From Candidatus Levyibacteriota bacterium (GTDB lineage Bacteria; Patescibacteriota; Microgenomatia; Levybacterales; UBA12049), in contig CAVRKE010000002.1 of the NCBI GenBank assembly GCA_963722305.1, positions 40,566 to 104,565 of the forward strand: 64,000 bases of DNA, given 5' to 3'. Within the stretch, counting starts at the first letter, position 1, and every line of letters starts with the position of its first letter. The position numbers were made by a program, and so were the translations under genes. Below are positions 46,491 to 56,821 of this stretch, in pieces. The notes beneath the pieces are model-generated. The model worked only from the letters and a program-made list of their open reading frames with translations. It did no database searches and was not told where the DNA came from.

Positions 46491-47405
46491 TTAACTGGCA
46501 TTGGGGCTCTTAATGATATGTTTCTTGCGCTCAGCGATTATTCCCAAACCAAGTCTTAAGATTGTTTCTTCCAAAACTTTTCTGATATCCGAACCTTTTT
46601 GGTAATTTCCCGTATATGGCCCAAGCGTAATTCTGTTTCCTCTGGCCAGTTCATAGCCTTTTTCGAAACTGCCAAAGGGAGCTGAGACGCCAATGCCCGT
46701 CCCGCCGTTTCCGGTAATGGCCGAAAGGCAGGGAATGTCACTTGGCCCGTCACCTAAATAAATCATCTGGGGAAAGGGAATCCTTTGCATATTTCCTGGG
46801 ATTGAATCGTTAATTGTGTAGGGATTGTCTCTTAAATCTTTAACGCTAATGCCTTTTCGGATTCCGTGAACATATCTGGTTTTTTCGGTAAAAGTAATCG
46901 TTGACTTTACGCCAAATGGTTGTTGAGAATTTTTATTGTAGGCGAAATTACAACCGAAAATGCCGTCAACCAGCGGAGCAATCTTGGTACTTCTGATTAT
47001 CTCTTCCAAACCACCGCTGATGATGTAAAACTCAAGCGAAATTTTGGCATTTTTGAGCTCTTTATTAGCTCTGACATAATCCTTGAGCTCTTGCAAAGCC
47101 TTCGGCAGTCCCGGAAACAAAGAAAGCTTCCGACCTGTATCTATTAGTGCTTTTTTTGAAATATCGAGCTTTTGTGCTTGAGTAAGCTCAAGCATCTTTT
47201 GCATGTAGGCAAGCGGAGGATCCCAGGCCTGTCTGACCATGTCATTGACCTCTGCCCAAAACTGCTTAACATCAATTCCTTGCTTTTCTAGAAAAAACGA
47301 AATCGTATCCGGCCCTAAGGTCTCGTCAAAATCAAAAATAATTCCAATCACTGCTTCAACCATGCAACAATTATAGCACTCCTTATTATGTAAAAGGCTT
47401 ATCAC
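46491..47405 (-). CDS. HAD-superfamily hydrolase
   Basis: Motif I FDFDETL, motif IV YLGDGPSD. The start may be the internal Met (MVEAVIG...) at about 47363. Confidence 0.65.
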   Translation of the reverse strand: MISLLHNKECYNCCMVEAVIGIIFDFDETLGPDTISFFLEKQGIDVKQFWAEVNDMVRQAWDPPLAYMQKMLELTQAQKLDISKKALIDTGRKLSLFPGLPKALQELKDYVRANKELKNAKISLEFYIISGGLEEIIRSTKIAPLVDGIFGCNFAYNKNSQQPFGVKSTITFTEKTRYVHGIRKGISVKDLRDNPYTINDSIPGNMQRIPFPQMIYLGDGPSDIPCLSAITGNGGTGIGVSAPFGSFEKGYELARGNRITLGPYTGNYQKGSDIRKVLEETILRLGLGIIAERKKHIIKSPNAS

Positions 47406-47880
47406 TTAAGTGTTTGCCGAAAAGGTGTTCGGTTTCGCCAAACCAGGCGTTTTCGTGGGTGCCGATATACTTGAAACCTTTACTTTGGTAGAAACCCTTA
47501 TTCTTTTCCGTTTCCGTATAAAGATAAATATAATGGAATTTATTTTCCAAAGCCCATTTTTCCATTTGTTCCAAAAGTGCGCTGCCAACTCCCTTACCCC
47601 GGTATTGTTTGACCACAATAAACCATTCGACAAAAACTACTCCTCCATATTCCGGTTTTAAGGCGATAAATCCGACTAAATTGTTATTTACGTAAACTCC
47701 GAAGATAACATTTTGTTTAATCTTTAAAAAATCCCTGAAAAACTTTTTGCCATAGATTTTTTTATAGGAAGTTTTTGTTTTTGTTTGATAAGGAAAATCT
47801 TCACCAAGAGAAACTCCAATTATTTCCGCAACTTTATCCGCGTCTTTTATAGAAATAATTTTACTAATTTTATAATTCAT
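47386..47880 (-). CDS. GNAT family N-acetyltransferase
   Basis: VKQYRGKGVGSALLEQMEKWALEN. Confidence 0.8.
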   Translation of the reverse strand: MNYKISKIISIKDADKVAEIIGVSLGEDFPYQTKTKTSYKKIYGKKFFRDFLKIKQNVIFGVYVNNNLVGFIALKPEYGGVVFVEWFIVVKQYRGKGVGSALLEQMEKWALENKFHYIYLYTETEKNKGFYQSKGFKYIGTHENAWFGETEHLFGKHLSDKPFT

Positions 47881-47987
47881 GTTGCCTTGCCACCATTATA
47901 GACATGTTTGCCTTCGCTTTCAAATTAAATGAACAAAAGCATTTTTGCTCCTTTGACAGAAATTTAAAATTAAGCTAAGCTAAGTAT

Positions 47988-50837
47988 ATGCTGCCTAGGA
48001 ATTTAGATACGCTACTTTCTCCAAAATCAATTGCCGTGGTTGGTGCCTCCAGTGCGCCGGAAAAAGTCGGGGCAATTGTTTTAAGCAACATTGTTGCTTC
48101 AAAATTTACCGGCCACCTTTATCCTGTTAACCCAAACGAGCAAAAAATAAATAATCTACAGTGTTATCCAAATGTCAAAAGCCTTCCCGAAATAGTCGAT
48201 TTGGCAGTAATTGCCATTCCCTCGAATTTGGTTAACCAGGTTCTGATTGAAATCGGGGAAAAGGGCATTAAAAATGTGGTGGTTTTTAGCGCCGGCTATA
48301 AAGAAATCGGTCCGGACGGAAAAGCTTTGGAAGATGCTCTTATCCAAATTGCCCAAAAATATAATTTGAACATTTTGGGGCCGAATTGTTTGGGGTTTGT
48401 CAACAATCTTTGTCCGGTTAATGTTACTTTCGGCCAACCGGTGCATCAGGAAGGAAACTTACGTTTTGTTTCCCAATCGGGCGCTTTGGCTGCCAGCCTT
48501 TTTGACTACTGTAATGCTACCGGTTTAGGTTTTAGAGAATTTATCACTTTAGGTAATAAAGCGGTGGTTAACGAAAATGACGTTTTAGCGCATTTTTTGG
48601 ACCAAGATAAAAAAATGCCCGATGACGGTAAACAATATCCAATCGGCATGTATTTGGAATCAATTTCCGACGGTAAAGAACTCCTAGAAATTACCCGACA
48701 GCTGTCTTTGAAAAATCCGGTTTTTATTATTAAACCCGGCAAGACTCAGGCTGCCGCCAAAGCAATGCAGTCCCACACCGGCGCAATTGCCGGAGCCGAC
48801 AACGTTTTGCAGGAAGCGCTATTAGAAACAGGGGTCACCCGCTGTGAAACCTTGGAAGATTATTTTGATTTATCCCGCGCGATGTCTTGGGAAAAAGCAC
48901 CAATGGGACCAAAAGTGGCCATCGTTTCCAATGCCGGCGGCCCGGCAGTGATTAGCGCCGACGCGGTGGCAATGGAAGGCTTAGAGTTAGCCGAGTTTGA
49001 TGATGAAACTAAACAGAAATTGCACGAAGTACTGCCCCGCTATGCCAGCGTTTTGGATCCGGTTGACGTCTTGGGAGATGCTTTAGCCGACAGAATTGGC
49101 AAAGCCTGCGAGATCATTTTGCAAACCAATAAAGCACAAAGTTTAGTGGTAATCTTAACTCCCCAAGTGATGACCCAAATTGAAAAAACCGCAGAAAGGA
49201 TCGGAGAACTTGGTAAAAAATATAGTATCCCGATTTTTTGTTCTTTTATCGGCGGCTCACTAATTGCCGAAGGCGAGAAGAAACTAAATGAATTTAAAAT
49301 TCCCTCGTTCAGATTTCCGGAAAGAGCAATTTCCGCCATTAAACAGATGTGGAAATGGAAAGAATGGCAGCAAAAAAATGTCAATTTGACCCTTCCGCAA
49401 CCGAGCTGTCTTCTCTCCGATGACAACAAAAACAAAGTCCGTGCTATCTTAACCAAAGCTTTAACCGCCCACCAAACTTCCTTAGACAATTTAGATGCTA
49501 ACGAAATCCTAAAGTTATCCGGCATTCCTACTCCACCAACCCAAGTCGTTACGACTATCGATGAGGCCAAAAAATTTGCGGCGGAAAATGTTTGGCCGGT
49601 GGTTTTAAAACTTTCTTCGCCCGGGCTTTTACACAAAGCCGACGTCGGCGCGATTATCACCAAAATCGGAAATGACGGTGAACTGGAAACCGCCATGGTT
49701 AATCTTGACCACAAAATTACCGAGCTACCTGCCAATATCCAAGCTCACGTCGTTAAGCAAATCCAAAAAGGCATTGTCTACGGCATTGAAGTCATTGTTG
49801 GCATCAAACGCGACCCAAATTTCGGCCCGGTACTGTTATTCGGCGCCGGCGGAAAATTGGCGGAGCTGATTATGGACAGGAATTTACACCTTCTGCCAAC
49901 GAATTTGGATCAGGTTAAAGAACTGGTGACTCAATCAAAAATCTACATCATGCTTAAAGGTTATCGTGGAGAACCACCGTTTGCCTTAGATAAGCTATAC
50001 GACACTATTATGAAGTTAACCAGTTTAATCGATTGCCTACCGCAAGTTTCGCAAATCGAGATAAACCCTTTAATCGTTACTCAAAACGATGTCTGGGCGG
50101 TTGACGGAAAAGTGGTATTTGAAGAACAGGCAAAACCGGCGGTAAATCCTCCTCAATTTAAAGTTGCCGAAACAATTGAATGTGAAACCTTAGCCGGCAA
50201 CTTCCACAGCTTTGTTTTTAAGATTGAAGCACCGCTTAAGTTTATACCGGGCCAATACATCAGCGTTAAAGTTGCCACTACCCGCATTAACAGTTATTCG
50301 ATTGCCGACCATGACGGTGAAAATAAATTTGGGCTCTTAATTGACACTTCGCCCGGAGGACCCGGCTCCAAATATTTTGAGAACTTAAAAGTCGGCGACA
50401 AGATAACTTACCTTGGACCATTCGGGATATTCACTTATAAACCCGACCCCGTTAAAAATATTTTATTTCTGGCAACCGGTTCGGGTTTGGCTCCTCTTAG
50501 GTGCATTATTGATGACCTTTTGAAAGTCCGGAACGTTCAGACACCGATTACTCTTTATCTGGGGCTAAGATTCCCGGCCGACGTTTTCTGGCAGGATTAT
50601 TTTGCCGACTTAGCTAAACAATATCCAAATTTCCACTTTATCTTGGCAATTTCCAAACCCGACCAAACCTGGAAAGGCAAAACCGGACATATTACCGACC
50701 TGGTTGCGAAGGATTTTCCCGATGCCTCACAATGCTGCGCTTACCTTTGCGGTAATAAATTAATGGTGGAGGAAACAACTCAGATTTTAATTTCCCATGG
50801 TTGTAAAAAAGAGCGTGTGTACACCGAAAAATTCTGA
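47988..50837 (+). CDS. ADP-forming acetyl-CoA synthetase (fused alpha-beta) with a C-terminal ferredoxin-NADP reductase-like FAD/NAD(P)-binding domain
   Basis: CoA-binding SIAVVGASSAPEKVGAIV, succinyl-CoA-ligase-like and ATP-grasp regions (about 700 aa), then FNR-like RINSYSIAD, LGPFGIF, FLATGSGLAP, ERVYTEKF. Confidence 0.8.
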   Translation: MLPRNLDTLLSPKSIAVVGASSAPEKVGAIVLSNIVASKFTGHLYPVNPNEQKINNLQCYPNVKSLPEIVDLAVIAIPSNLVNQVLIEIGEKGIKNVVVFSAGYKEIGPDGKALEDALIQIAQKYNLNILGPNCLGFVNNLCPVNVTFGQPVHQEGNLRFVSQSGALAASLFDYCNATGLGFREFITLGNKAVVNENDVLAHFLDQDKKMPDDGKQYPIGMYLESISDGKELLEITRQLSLKNPVFIIKPGKTQAAAKAMQSHTGAIAGADNVLQEALLETGVTRCETLEDYFDLSRAMSWEKAPMGPKVAIVSNAGGPAVISADAVAMEGLELAEFDDETKQKLHEVLPRYASVLDPVDVLGDALADRIGKACEIILQTNKAQSLVVILTPQVMTQIEKTAERIGELGKKYSIPIFCSFIGGSLIAEGEKKLNEFKIPSFRFPERAISAIKQMWKWKEWQQKNVNLTLPQPSCLLSDDNKNKVRAILTKALTAHQTSLDNLDANEILKLSGIPTPPTQVVTTIDEAKKFAAENVWPVVLKLSSPGLLHKADVGAIITKIGNDGELETAMVNLDHKITELPANIQAHVVKQIQKGIVYGIEVIVGIKRDPNFGPVLLFGAGGKLAELIMDRNLHLLPTNLDQVKELVTQSKIYIMLKGYRGEPPFALDKLYDTIMKLTSLIDCLPQVSQIEINPLIVTQNDVWAVDGKVVFEEQAKPAVNPPQFKVAETIECETLAGNFHSFVFKIEAPLKFIPGQYISVKVATTRINSYSIADHDGENKFGLLIDTSPGGPGSKYFENLKVGDKITYLGPFGIFTYKPDPVKNILFLATGSGLAPLRCIIDDLLKVRNVQTPITLYLGLRFPADVFWQDYFADLAKQYPNFHFILAISKPDQTWKGKTGHITDLVAKDFPDASQCCAYLCGNKLMVEETTQILISHGCKKERVYTEKF

Positions 50838-50849
50838 TAAGATATTTAA

Positions 50850-52571
50850 ATGGAAGAAAAAATTTTTAGCGTTACAATTGGCGGAGCGGCAGGACAAGGC
50901 ATTAAGGCGGCCGGCCTGATGTTGGCAAAAGTCGCAACGAGACTTGGTAAAAACGTTTACACCTATTCCGAGTTTCCTTCGCTTATCAAAGGCGGACATA
51001 ATTTAACCCAGGTTTCCATTTCCCAAGAATCAGTCACTGCCCCAAGAAAAACTAATCAATTCTGGGTTGCGCTTGACCAGAATACTTTGAATGTTCATCT
51101 GAACGAGTTTACTGACGGATGCGAAATTCTTTTTGATGAGGAACGAAAATATGATCTGTCAAAAATCAATAAAAATTCTATTCTTTTACCACTTCCCTTG
51201 GGAAAATTGGCCAAAGACGCCGGCGGCTCGGAGATAATGAGTAATACTGTCGCGGTTGGTGCGGTTGTCGCAATGCTAAGCGGAGATTTACAAGTTGTTA
51301 AAGACTTATTACAGGATGAGTTCGGGCACAAGGGTGAAGAAGTTGTAAGACTAAATCATCTGGCGGCAGAAAACGGTTATAATTACGCTTTGGAACATTT
51401 TGGAGATAGGAAAAAGGTGATCTTGACCAAGGAAGACACAGTTGAACCGAAAATGGTGACTAATGCCAACGACGCGGTGGCCCTTGGCGCAATTGCCGCC
51501 GGCCTGCAGTTTGCCGCCATTTATCCGATGTCTCCGATTTCCGAAATTCTGACTGTTTTGGCAGCTAATCAGGAACAATTCGGCTACATTTACAAACAAC
51601 CCGAAGATGAAATTGCCGCCATAAATATGGCTATCGGCGCCTCTGTCGCCGGGGCAAGAGCAATGACTGCCACTTCGGGCGGCGGATTTAGCCTCATGGT
51701 TGAAGGGTATGGGTTGGCCGCAATGATTGAAACGCCCTTAGTCATTATTGACGGGATGCGCCCCGGGCCTGCCACCGGACTGCCAACCTGGAGTGCTCAG
51801 GGAGATTTGCGGTTCGTACTCCATGCACATCAGGGAGATTTTCCCAAAATTGTTTTGGCTGCCGGAGACGCCGAAGAAGCTTTTTACTTAACCATGCAGG
51901 CCTTTAATTTGGCCGACAAGTACCAAACTCCGGTAGTGCTTTTGATTGATAAAAATATTTGCGAGCATGACCAAAGTATGCCGATTTTTGACTATGCAAA
52001 CTATAATATCGATAGAGGGAAGTTCACAAGCGAAAATAAAGACGGGTATGAAAGATATGCTTTGACTGATGATGGCATTTCCGAAAGAACTGTCCCCGGC
52101 TCCGGCAATTTTTTTATTGCCAATTCTTACGAACACACCCCACTTGGCCATGATTCCGAGGAAATTATCGATATTGAAGCCCAGATGCGCAAAAGGATGA
52201 AAAAACTGGTTACCTGCGCCGCTAACGAAGACATCTCGCCAAAACTGTACGGTCCGGCCGAAGGTGCCAACGCCACCATCGTTTCTTGGGGCAGTAACAA
52301 AGGTAGCATTCTTGAAGCTTTGAAAAACTTTCCGAATGTTAACTTTCTAGACATTACTTGGATGAGCCCATTTCCCGTTGAACAAGTTAAAAAAGTGTTG
52401 CTAAACGCCAAACATGTTGTCAATATTGAATGCAATTATACCGCGGCCTTGGGCGGATTAATTAAAGAGCAGACCGGAATCGAAATTAGTGATAATTTTT
52501 TGAAATACGACGGCCGGCCGTTTTTTCCAGAAGAAATTATTAAGAAATTAGAAACTGTTTTGCAAAAATAA
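50850..52571 (+). CDS. 2-oxoacid:ferredoxin oxidoreductase alpha subunit (fused gamma-alpha)
   Basis: N-terminal POR gamma-type domain ITIGGAAGQGIKAAGLMLAK, followed by the POR/KOR alpha domain. Confidence 0.85.
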   Translation: MEEKIFSVTIGGAAGQGIKAAGLMLAKVATRLGKNVYTYSEFPSLIKGGHNLTQVSISQESVTAPRKTNQFWVALDQNTLNVHLNEFTDGCEILFDEERKYDLSKINKNSILLPLPLGKLAKDAGGSEIMSNTVAVGAVVAMLSGDLQVVKDLLQDEFGHKGEEVVRLNHLAAENGYNYALEHFGDRKKVILTKEDTVEPKMVTNANDAVALGAIAAGLQFAAIYPMSPISEILTVLAANQEQFGYIYKQPEDEIAAINMAIGASVAGARAMTATSGGGFSLMVEGYGLAAMIETPLVIIDGMRPGPATGLPTWSAQGDLRFVLHAHQGDFPKIVLAAGDAEEAFYLTMQAFNLADKYQTPVVLLIDKNICEHDQSMPIFDYANYNIDRGKFTSENKDGYERYALTDDGISERTVPGSGNFFIANSYEHTPLGHDSEEIIDIEAQMRKRMKKLVTCAANEDISPKLYGPAEGANATIVSWGSNKGSILEALKNFPNVNFLDITWMSPFPVEQVKKVLLNAKHVVNIECNYTAALGGLIKEQTGIEISDNFLKYDGRPFFPEEIIKKLETVLQK

Positions 52572-52590
52572 TACCAAAGGTACTTTACGT

Positions 52591-53451
52591 ATGACACAAA
52601 TTGCCGATTTAACCACACAATGTTCACCAACCTGGTGCCCGGGTTGTGGAGATTTTGCCATTTGGGCGGCGTTTAAAAACGCCGCTGTTGCCCAAGGTTG
52701 GGATGATACCAATACGGTTTTGGTTGCCGGTATCGGCTGCCACGGACATATTTTGAATTATGTCAAACTGACTTCGGTTGAAGGCTTGCACGGCCGGGCC
52801 ATACCGGTGGCAACCGGCCTTAAAATGGCCAATCATAACCTGAATACTTTTGTTTTTACCGGCGACGGAGATTGTTTGGCAGAGGGTGGAAACCATTTTA
52901 TCAATGCCTGCCGCAGAAACCATGACCTTACCGTCCTTCTTCACGACAATGCCATTTATGGATTAACAACCGGTCAGACTTCGCCCCGTTCACCCCACGG
53001 ATTTAAATCAAAATCTACTCCTTTTGGTAACTTGGACGAACCGATTTCTCCAGTCAGTCTGGCGATTGCTTCCGGCGCAACTTTTGTCGCCAGAGAGTAC
53101 GCAGCTCATATTCCCCAACTGGCAGAGCTAATCGCTAAAGCCAACCAGCATAAAGGCTTTGCCCTGATTGATGTTTTACAGCCTTGTGTCACCTGGAACG
53201 AAGAATATAATCACGCTTTTTACCAAGCAAATACTTATTATCTCGGCGATGATCATGATAAAACCAGCGAGGTCAAAGCTTTTGAAAAATCGCTGGAGTG
53301 GGAAGAGAAGAAAATCCCCTTGGGAATTTTCTATGAGGCCGCAGGAAGGGCGTCTTATGAAATGCAAATTCCGCAAATTAAAGATAAAACTTTAGTGGCA
53401 ACGCCTCCCACCAAAAAAGACTTAACAGAGATTTTCAAAAAATACACCTAA
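52591..53451 (+). CDS. 2-oxoacid:ferredoxin oxidoreductase beta subunit (TPP-binding)
   Basis: WCPGCGDFAIW and GIGCHG...TGDGD TPP-binding motifs. Confidence 0.85.
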   Translation: MTQIADLTTQCSPTWCPGCGDFAIWAAFKNAAVAQGWDDTNTVLVAGIGCHGHILNYVKLTSVEGLHGRAIPVATGLKMANHNLNTFVFTGDGDCLAEGGNHFINACRRNHDLTVLLHDNAIYGLTTGQTSPRSPHGFKSKSTPFGNLDEPISPVSLAIASGATFVAREYAAHIPQLAELIAKANQHKGFALIDVLQPCVTWNEEYNHAFYQANTYYLGDDHDKTSEVKAFEKSLEWEEKKIPLGIFYEAAGRASYEMQIPQIKDKTLVATPPTKKDLTEIFKKYT

Positions 53452-53454
53452 AAC

Positions 53455-54162
53455 CTAATAACCGGTAAATATCTCCATGGCGATATTTTTTGCTTCAATT
53501 TGAAGTTCTCTCAAAATCTTGAAAGCCGGAATGACGAAACTTTGTTCTCCCGTTACAACATAAGTGCTATTTTGAAAATTTGGAATTTGATTTTTAATCA
53601 ATTCTGAATTTAGAGCATTGGCTTCCGAAATAATTGGAATGAACGTGAATGATGAGTTTTCTTTTGCGTAATCTGTAAGTTCTTGAAGAAACACCGCTTC
53701 CTCCTGATTTTTGCAAACGTAAATTAAGCCGACTTTATTCTGCAAAGACTTCGCCTTTACTTCCCTGATGATGCTCATAAATGGCGCCACGCCGATTGCG
53801 TCCGCGATCCACACGAACTGCTGATTAATATCGGCCGGAAGATGATTATGTCCGTCAACGCCGTCAATTTCTACTTCGGCTCCAACCGGAAGCTCTAATA
53901 ACGATTTTTTAAAAGCACTGGCGCCAATCTTAGTTAGTATTGAAATTGAGCCGGCTTCCGTCGGGCTGTTAATGAATCCGAATTTGCGGCTGTTGCCTCG
54001 TTCGTCGGCGTAAGGAGGATTTATCAATGTCAGTGAAAAAAATTGTCCGGCCACAAACGGAAACGGCTGACCCGATAAGTCTAATTGAACTTCGAATAAT
54101 TCTTTAGACAGCTGCTGCTTGTTTTTTATTTTTACTTTCATTCCTATCTTAAATAATAGCAC
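53455..54162 (-). CDS. FNR-like FAD/NAD(P)-binding oxidoreductase (no Fe-S domain)
   Basis: Beta-barrel FAD domain plus nucleotide-binding GVAPFMSII region. 235 aa. Confidence 0.55.
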   Translation of the reverse strand: MLLFKIGMKVKIKNKQQLSKELFEVQLDLSGQPFPFVAGQFFSLTLINPPYADERGNSRKFGFINSPTEAGSISILTKIGASAFKKSLLELPVGAEVEIDGVDGHNHLPADINQQFVWIADAIGVAPFMSIIREVKAKSLQNKVGLIYVCKNQEEAVFLQELTDYAKENSSFTFIPIISEANALNSELIKNQIPNFQNSTYVVTGEQSFVIPAFKILRELQIEAKNIAMEIFTGY

Positions 54163-54173
54163 ATCGCCGGATT

Positions 54174-54485
54174 TTGCTGCTTGAAAAGTTTTTTAAAAAT
54201 GTTTATGATAATTTAAGCATGGATAATCAAACGCCCGCAACCGGTGACCAAGAATTTCAAATCGGCAAATACAAGATTAAAGTCATCAGAGACCTTTGCA
54301 TTGGCGCCGCTTCGTGTGTTGCTGTTTCCCCCAGTACTTTCCAGCTGGACTCAGAGAATAAAGCCGTGGTCGAACCGGGCTCAAATGACACGCCGGAAAA
54401 CATTCTCATGGCCGCCCAGTCTTGTCCAACTAAAGCCATCATTATTATCGACACCGAAACCAATACCCAGGTCTGGCCTGCATAA
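54174..54485 (+). CDS. Small single-cluster ferredoxin
   Basis: CIGAASCVAVSP...CPTKAI matches the mono-cluster (Fer4_13/15-type) ferredoxin pattern. Confidence 0.6.
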   Translation: MLLEKFFKNVYDNLSMDNQTPATGDQEFQIGKYKIKVIRDLCIGAASCVAVSPSTFQLDSENKAVVEPGSNDTPENILMAAQSCPTKAIIIIDTETNTQVWPA

Positions 54486-54487
54486 AT

Positions 54488-55402
54488 ATGTCTTCAACTC
54501 TCAAAAAAGGCATTTACTTTGCGTTTTTGACTGCTCTTATTTCGGGGGTTTCAAACTTTGTGAATAAAATTGCGGTTGACGTGATTAAACCGCCTCTGGT
54601 TTTTACCGCCGAGAAAAATGCTTTTGTTGGACTACTGATTATCGGTGCGCTCATTGCCACCTGGAAATGGCAGAAAATTAAAAAGCTGAACAGGAAACAG
54701 ATTATTTATCTTTTGGCAATCGGTATTATTGGTGGCTCACTGCCTTTTTACCTCTTTTTTACCGGCCTGTCACAAATTCCGGCTATCAACGGCGCCATCA
54801 TTAATAAAACCTTAATTATTTGGGTAGCAATCTTAGCCATTCCGCTACTGAAAGAGCGAATGTCGCCGCTACTCGTTACTGCCGTGGCACTTTTATTTTA
54901 TGCCAATTTACTTATCGGCGGTTTTGCTAAATTTCAGTTTTCCCAGGGCGAATTATTTGTATTGCTAGCCACTCTGCTTTGGGCGGTGGAGTATGTTTTA
55001 GCTAAAAAAATTCTGCCGGAAGTTGATCCGGATATTGTTACTGCTGCCAGAATGGGTTTTGGTTCCTTAATCTTATTGGCCGCCGCCGCAGTGGTGGCGC
55101 CGGCCGCCTTGGTCAGGGGTTTTATCCCGACACCCACACAGTTTTTCTGGATGGCAACAACCGTTATCCTTTTGTTAGGATATGTGACTACCTGGTATCG
55201 GGCTTTGAAATTTGCGCCCGTGACGCTGGTTGCCTCGGTTTTAGTCAGTGCAACACTGATAACTAACGTTCTTTCGGCCATTTTTGTCACCCACGCTTTA
55301 GACTTAGGATTAGTCATTCAAGCCTTCTTTACGGTTTTAGGGGTTGTCTTCTTGTGGCTGGCTTCGGAAAAGCTTAGTTTTAAAAAAACTGCTGCAGTTT
55401 AA
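54488..55402 (+). CDS. EamA/DMT-superfamily transporter
   Basis: 10 TMs with a duplicated EamA-like architecture. Confidence 0.65.
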   Translation: MSSTLKKGIYFAFLTALISGVSNFVNKIAVDVIKPPLVFTAEKNAFVGLLIIGALIATWKWQKIKKLNRKQIIYLLAIGIIGGSLPFYLFFTGLSQIPAINGAIINKTLIIWVAILAIPLLKERMSPLLVTAVALLFYANLLIGGFAKFQFSQGELFVLLATLLWAVEYVLAKKILPEVDPDIVTAARMGFGSLILLAAAAVVAPAALVRGFIPTPTQFFWMATTVILLLGYVTTWYRALKFAPVTLVASVLVSATLITNVLSAIFVTHALDLGLVIQAFFTVLGVVFLWLASEKLSFKKTAAV

Positions 55403-55411
55403 TATTCGATA

Positions 55412-56821
55412 TTATTTGGCCACTTTAGACCTTTCATCTGAAACTTGTTTAAGATAAGGAAAAACCTCAATAATAACCTCAGGTTCTACCCGATGACCAA
55501 CCTTACCTTCATAAAATCCGTATCTGTTAATCATTTCTCCCAATAATAAATTAAAATGCATCGATTTTCCATTGGTTAAGTTGTGCACCTCGACATCTGT
55601 CCGACCACCCGTATCGTCATGAAAAGGAGAAAGAACTGCTGATACATAATTGCCCAACACGTCTACTTTATATTCACTCCCACGAAAAGCAAACTCTTCA
55701 CCAAATCCAAAATTTACTATCATTGCAACGTATCTAAGAGGTAGTGCCAAATCCTGATGAGTTAACCCAAGGCTTTGGACAAATTCGTTATCTACGGCAA
55801 GAACATCAATTAATGAATCGTCCTTTGAAATAAAACCGCCAAATGAAGCAGCTCCGCCTAGTTTTCCCGGCCGCATTTCATCCTCCAACTCTGCTAAAGA
55901 TTGGCCATTGAGGCCGTTTAAATTCCTAATTACCTCGGTACTATTAGTTCCACAGATCATAAATGATGGTGAAGATTTATCTGGATAAGGAGTCTGATCT
56001 TCTAAGCCCAACTCCTTTGCAGTAAGTTCTCTAGATTGCTGTATTTCTCCTAGGCTGGCTATACCAAGAGAATAAAATAATTCCCCGGTTAATAAGTTGC
56101 TCCTTAAACTAAGACTTATTGTTGGCGACAATGCTTTTGGATATTTATTGACAGCAAGTATTTCCGTTGTTTCATCAAGTTGATAATATTGAAATATTCT
56201 TTGATCAATTGGTGTTAAAAGCTGTAAGAGGACGTCATCTTTAATGATAGCAATTACATCTTGTTGTCCTCCGTCTTTGATTTTTATTTTCCAAACCCCC
56301 GAATCGTCTGGATCTTCTGTAAAATCGGCTGCTGCCAGCTGAGCAGTTATTGGCAATAATGATAATTGTTGTAATTTAGCTGTTAACTCATCTTCCGGTT
56401 TAGCCAAATAAGAATTCATCGATCCGTCTGTATAACTTCCTGTTGCTAAAACTCCATCTTTATTCGTTTGCAACACTTGAATTGCGGGTGTATTGCTAAA
56501 CTCGTCGAATCTACCAACAGAAATTGCCTTTACCTGTCGGGGGTCGATAAAATGTTCGTAATCAATAAAAAAATTGTACCTTCCGCTAACAGGATCTATA
56601 GTTAAAACAAACCCTTCTTTATCTTGATGGGCTAAATAAGCACTACCTCCGACAGACTTAAAACCTAATTCTGTTAGATGTTGCCTTCTTTGTTCTGCTA
56701 ATTGACTTGGCATTGGTCTTTCTCCCATATTGGTCGTAAAATTATACCCCGGCACGTTCATTTTGTCAACTATAGGCTTAAGGTTAGAGGTTTTTGAGTA
56801 CCTTCTTCGTCCAGTATTCAA
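55412..56821 (-). CDS. Uncharacterised protein (469 aa)
   Basis: No signal peptide or TM. No motif I can assign. An internal ...SFMICGTNST... is the only weakly Ntn-hydrolase-like feature. The true start may be MNVPGYNF at about 56761. Confidence 0.4.
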   Translation of the reverse strand: MNTGRRRYSKTSNLKPIVDKMNVPGYNFTTNMGERPMPSQLAEQRRQHLTELGFKSVGGSAYLAHQDKEGFVLTIDPVSGRYNFFIDYEHFIDPRQVKAISVGRFDEFSNTPAIQVLQTNKDGVLATGSYTDGSMNSYLAKPEDELTAKLQQLSLLPITAQLAAADFTEDPDDSGVWKIKIKDGGQQDVIAIIKDDVLLQLLTPIDQRIFQYYQLDETTEILAVNKYPKALSPTISLSLRSNLLTGELFYSLGIASLGEIQQSRELTAKELGLEDQTPYPDKSSPSFMICGTNSTEVIRNLNGLNGQSLAELEDEMRPGKLGGAASFGGFISKDDSLIDVLAVDNEFVQSLGLTHQDLALPLRYVAMIVNFGFGEEFAFRGSEYKVDVLGNYVSAVLSPFHDDTGGRTDVEVHNLTNGKSMHFNLLLGEMINRYGFYEGKVGHRVEPEVIIEVFPYLKQVSDERSKVAK

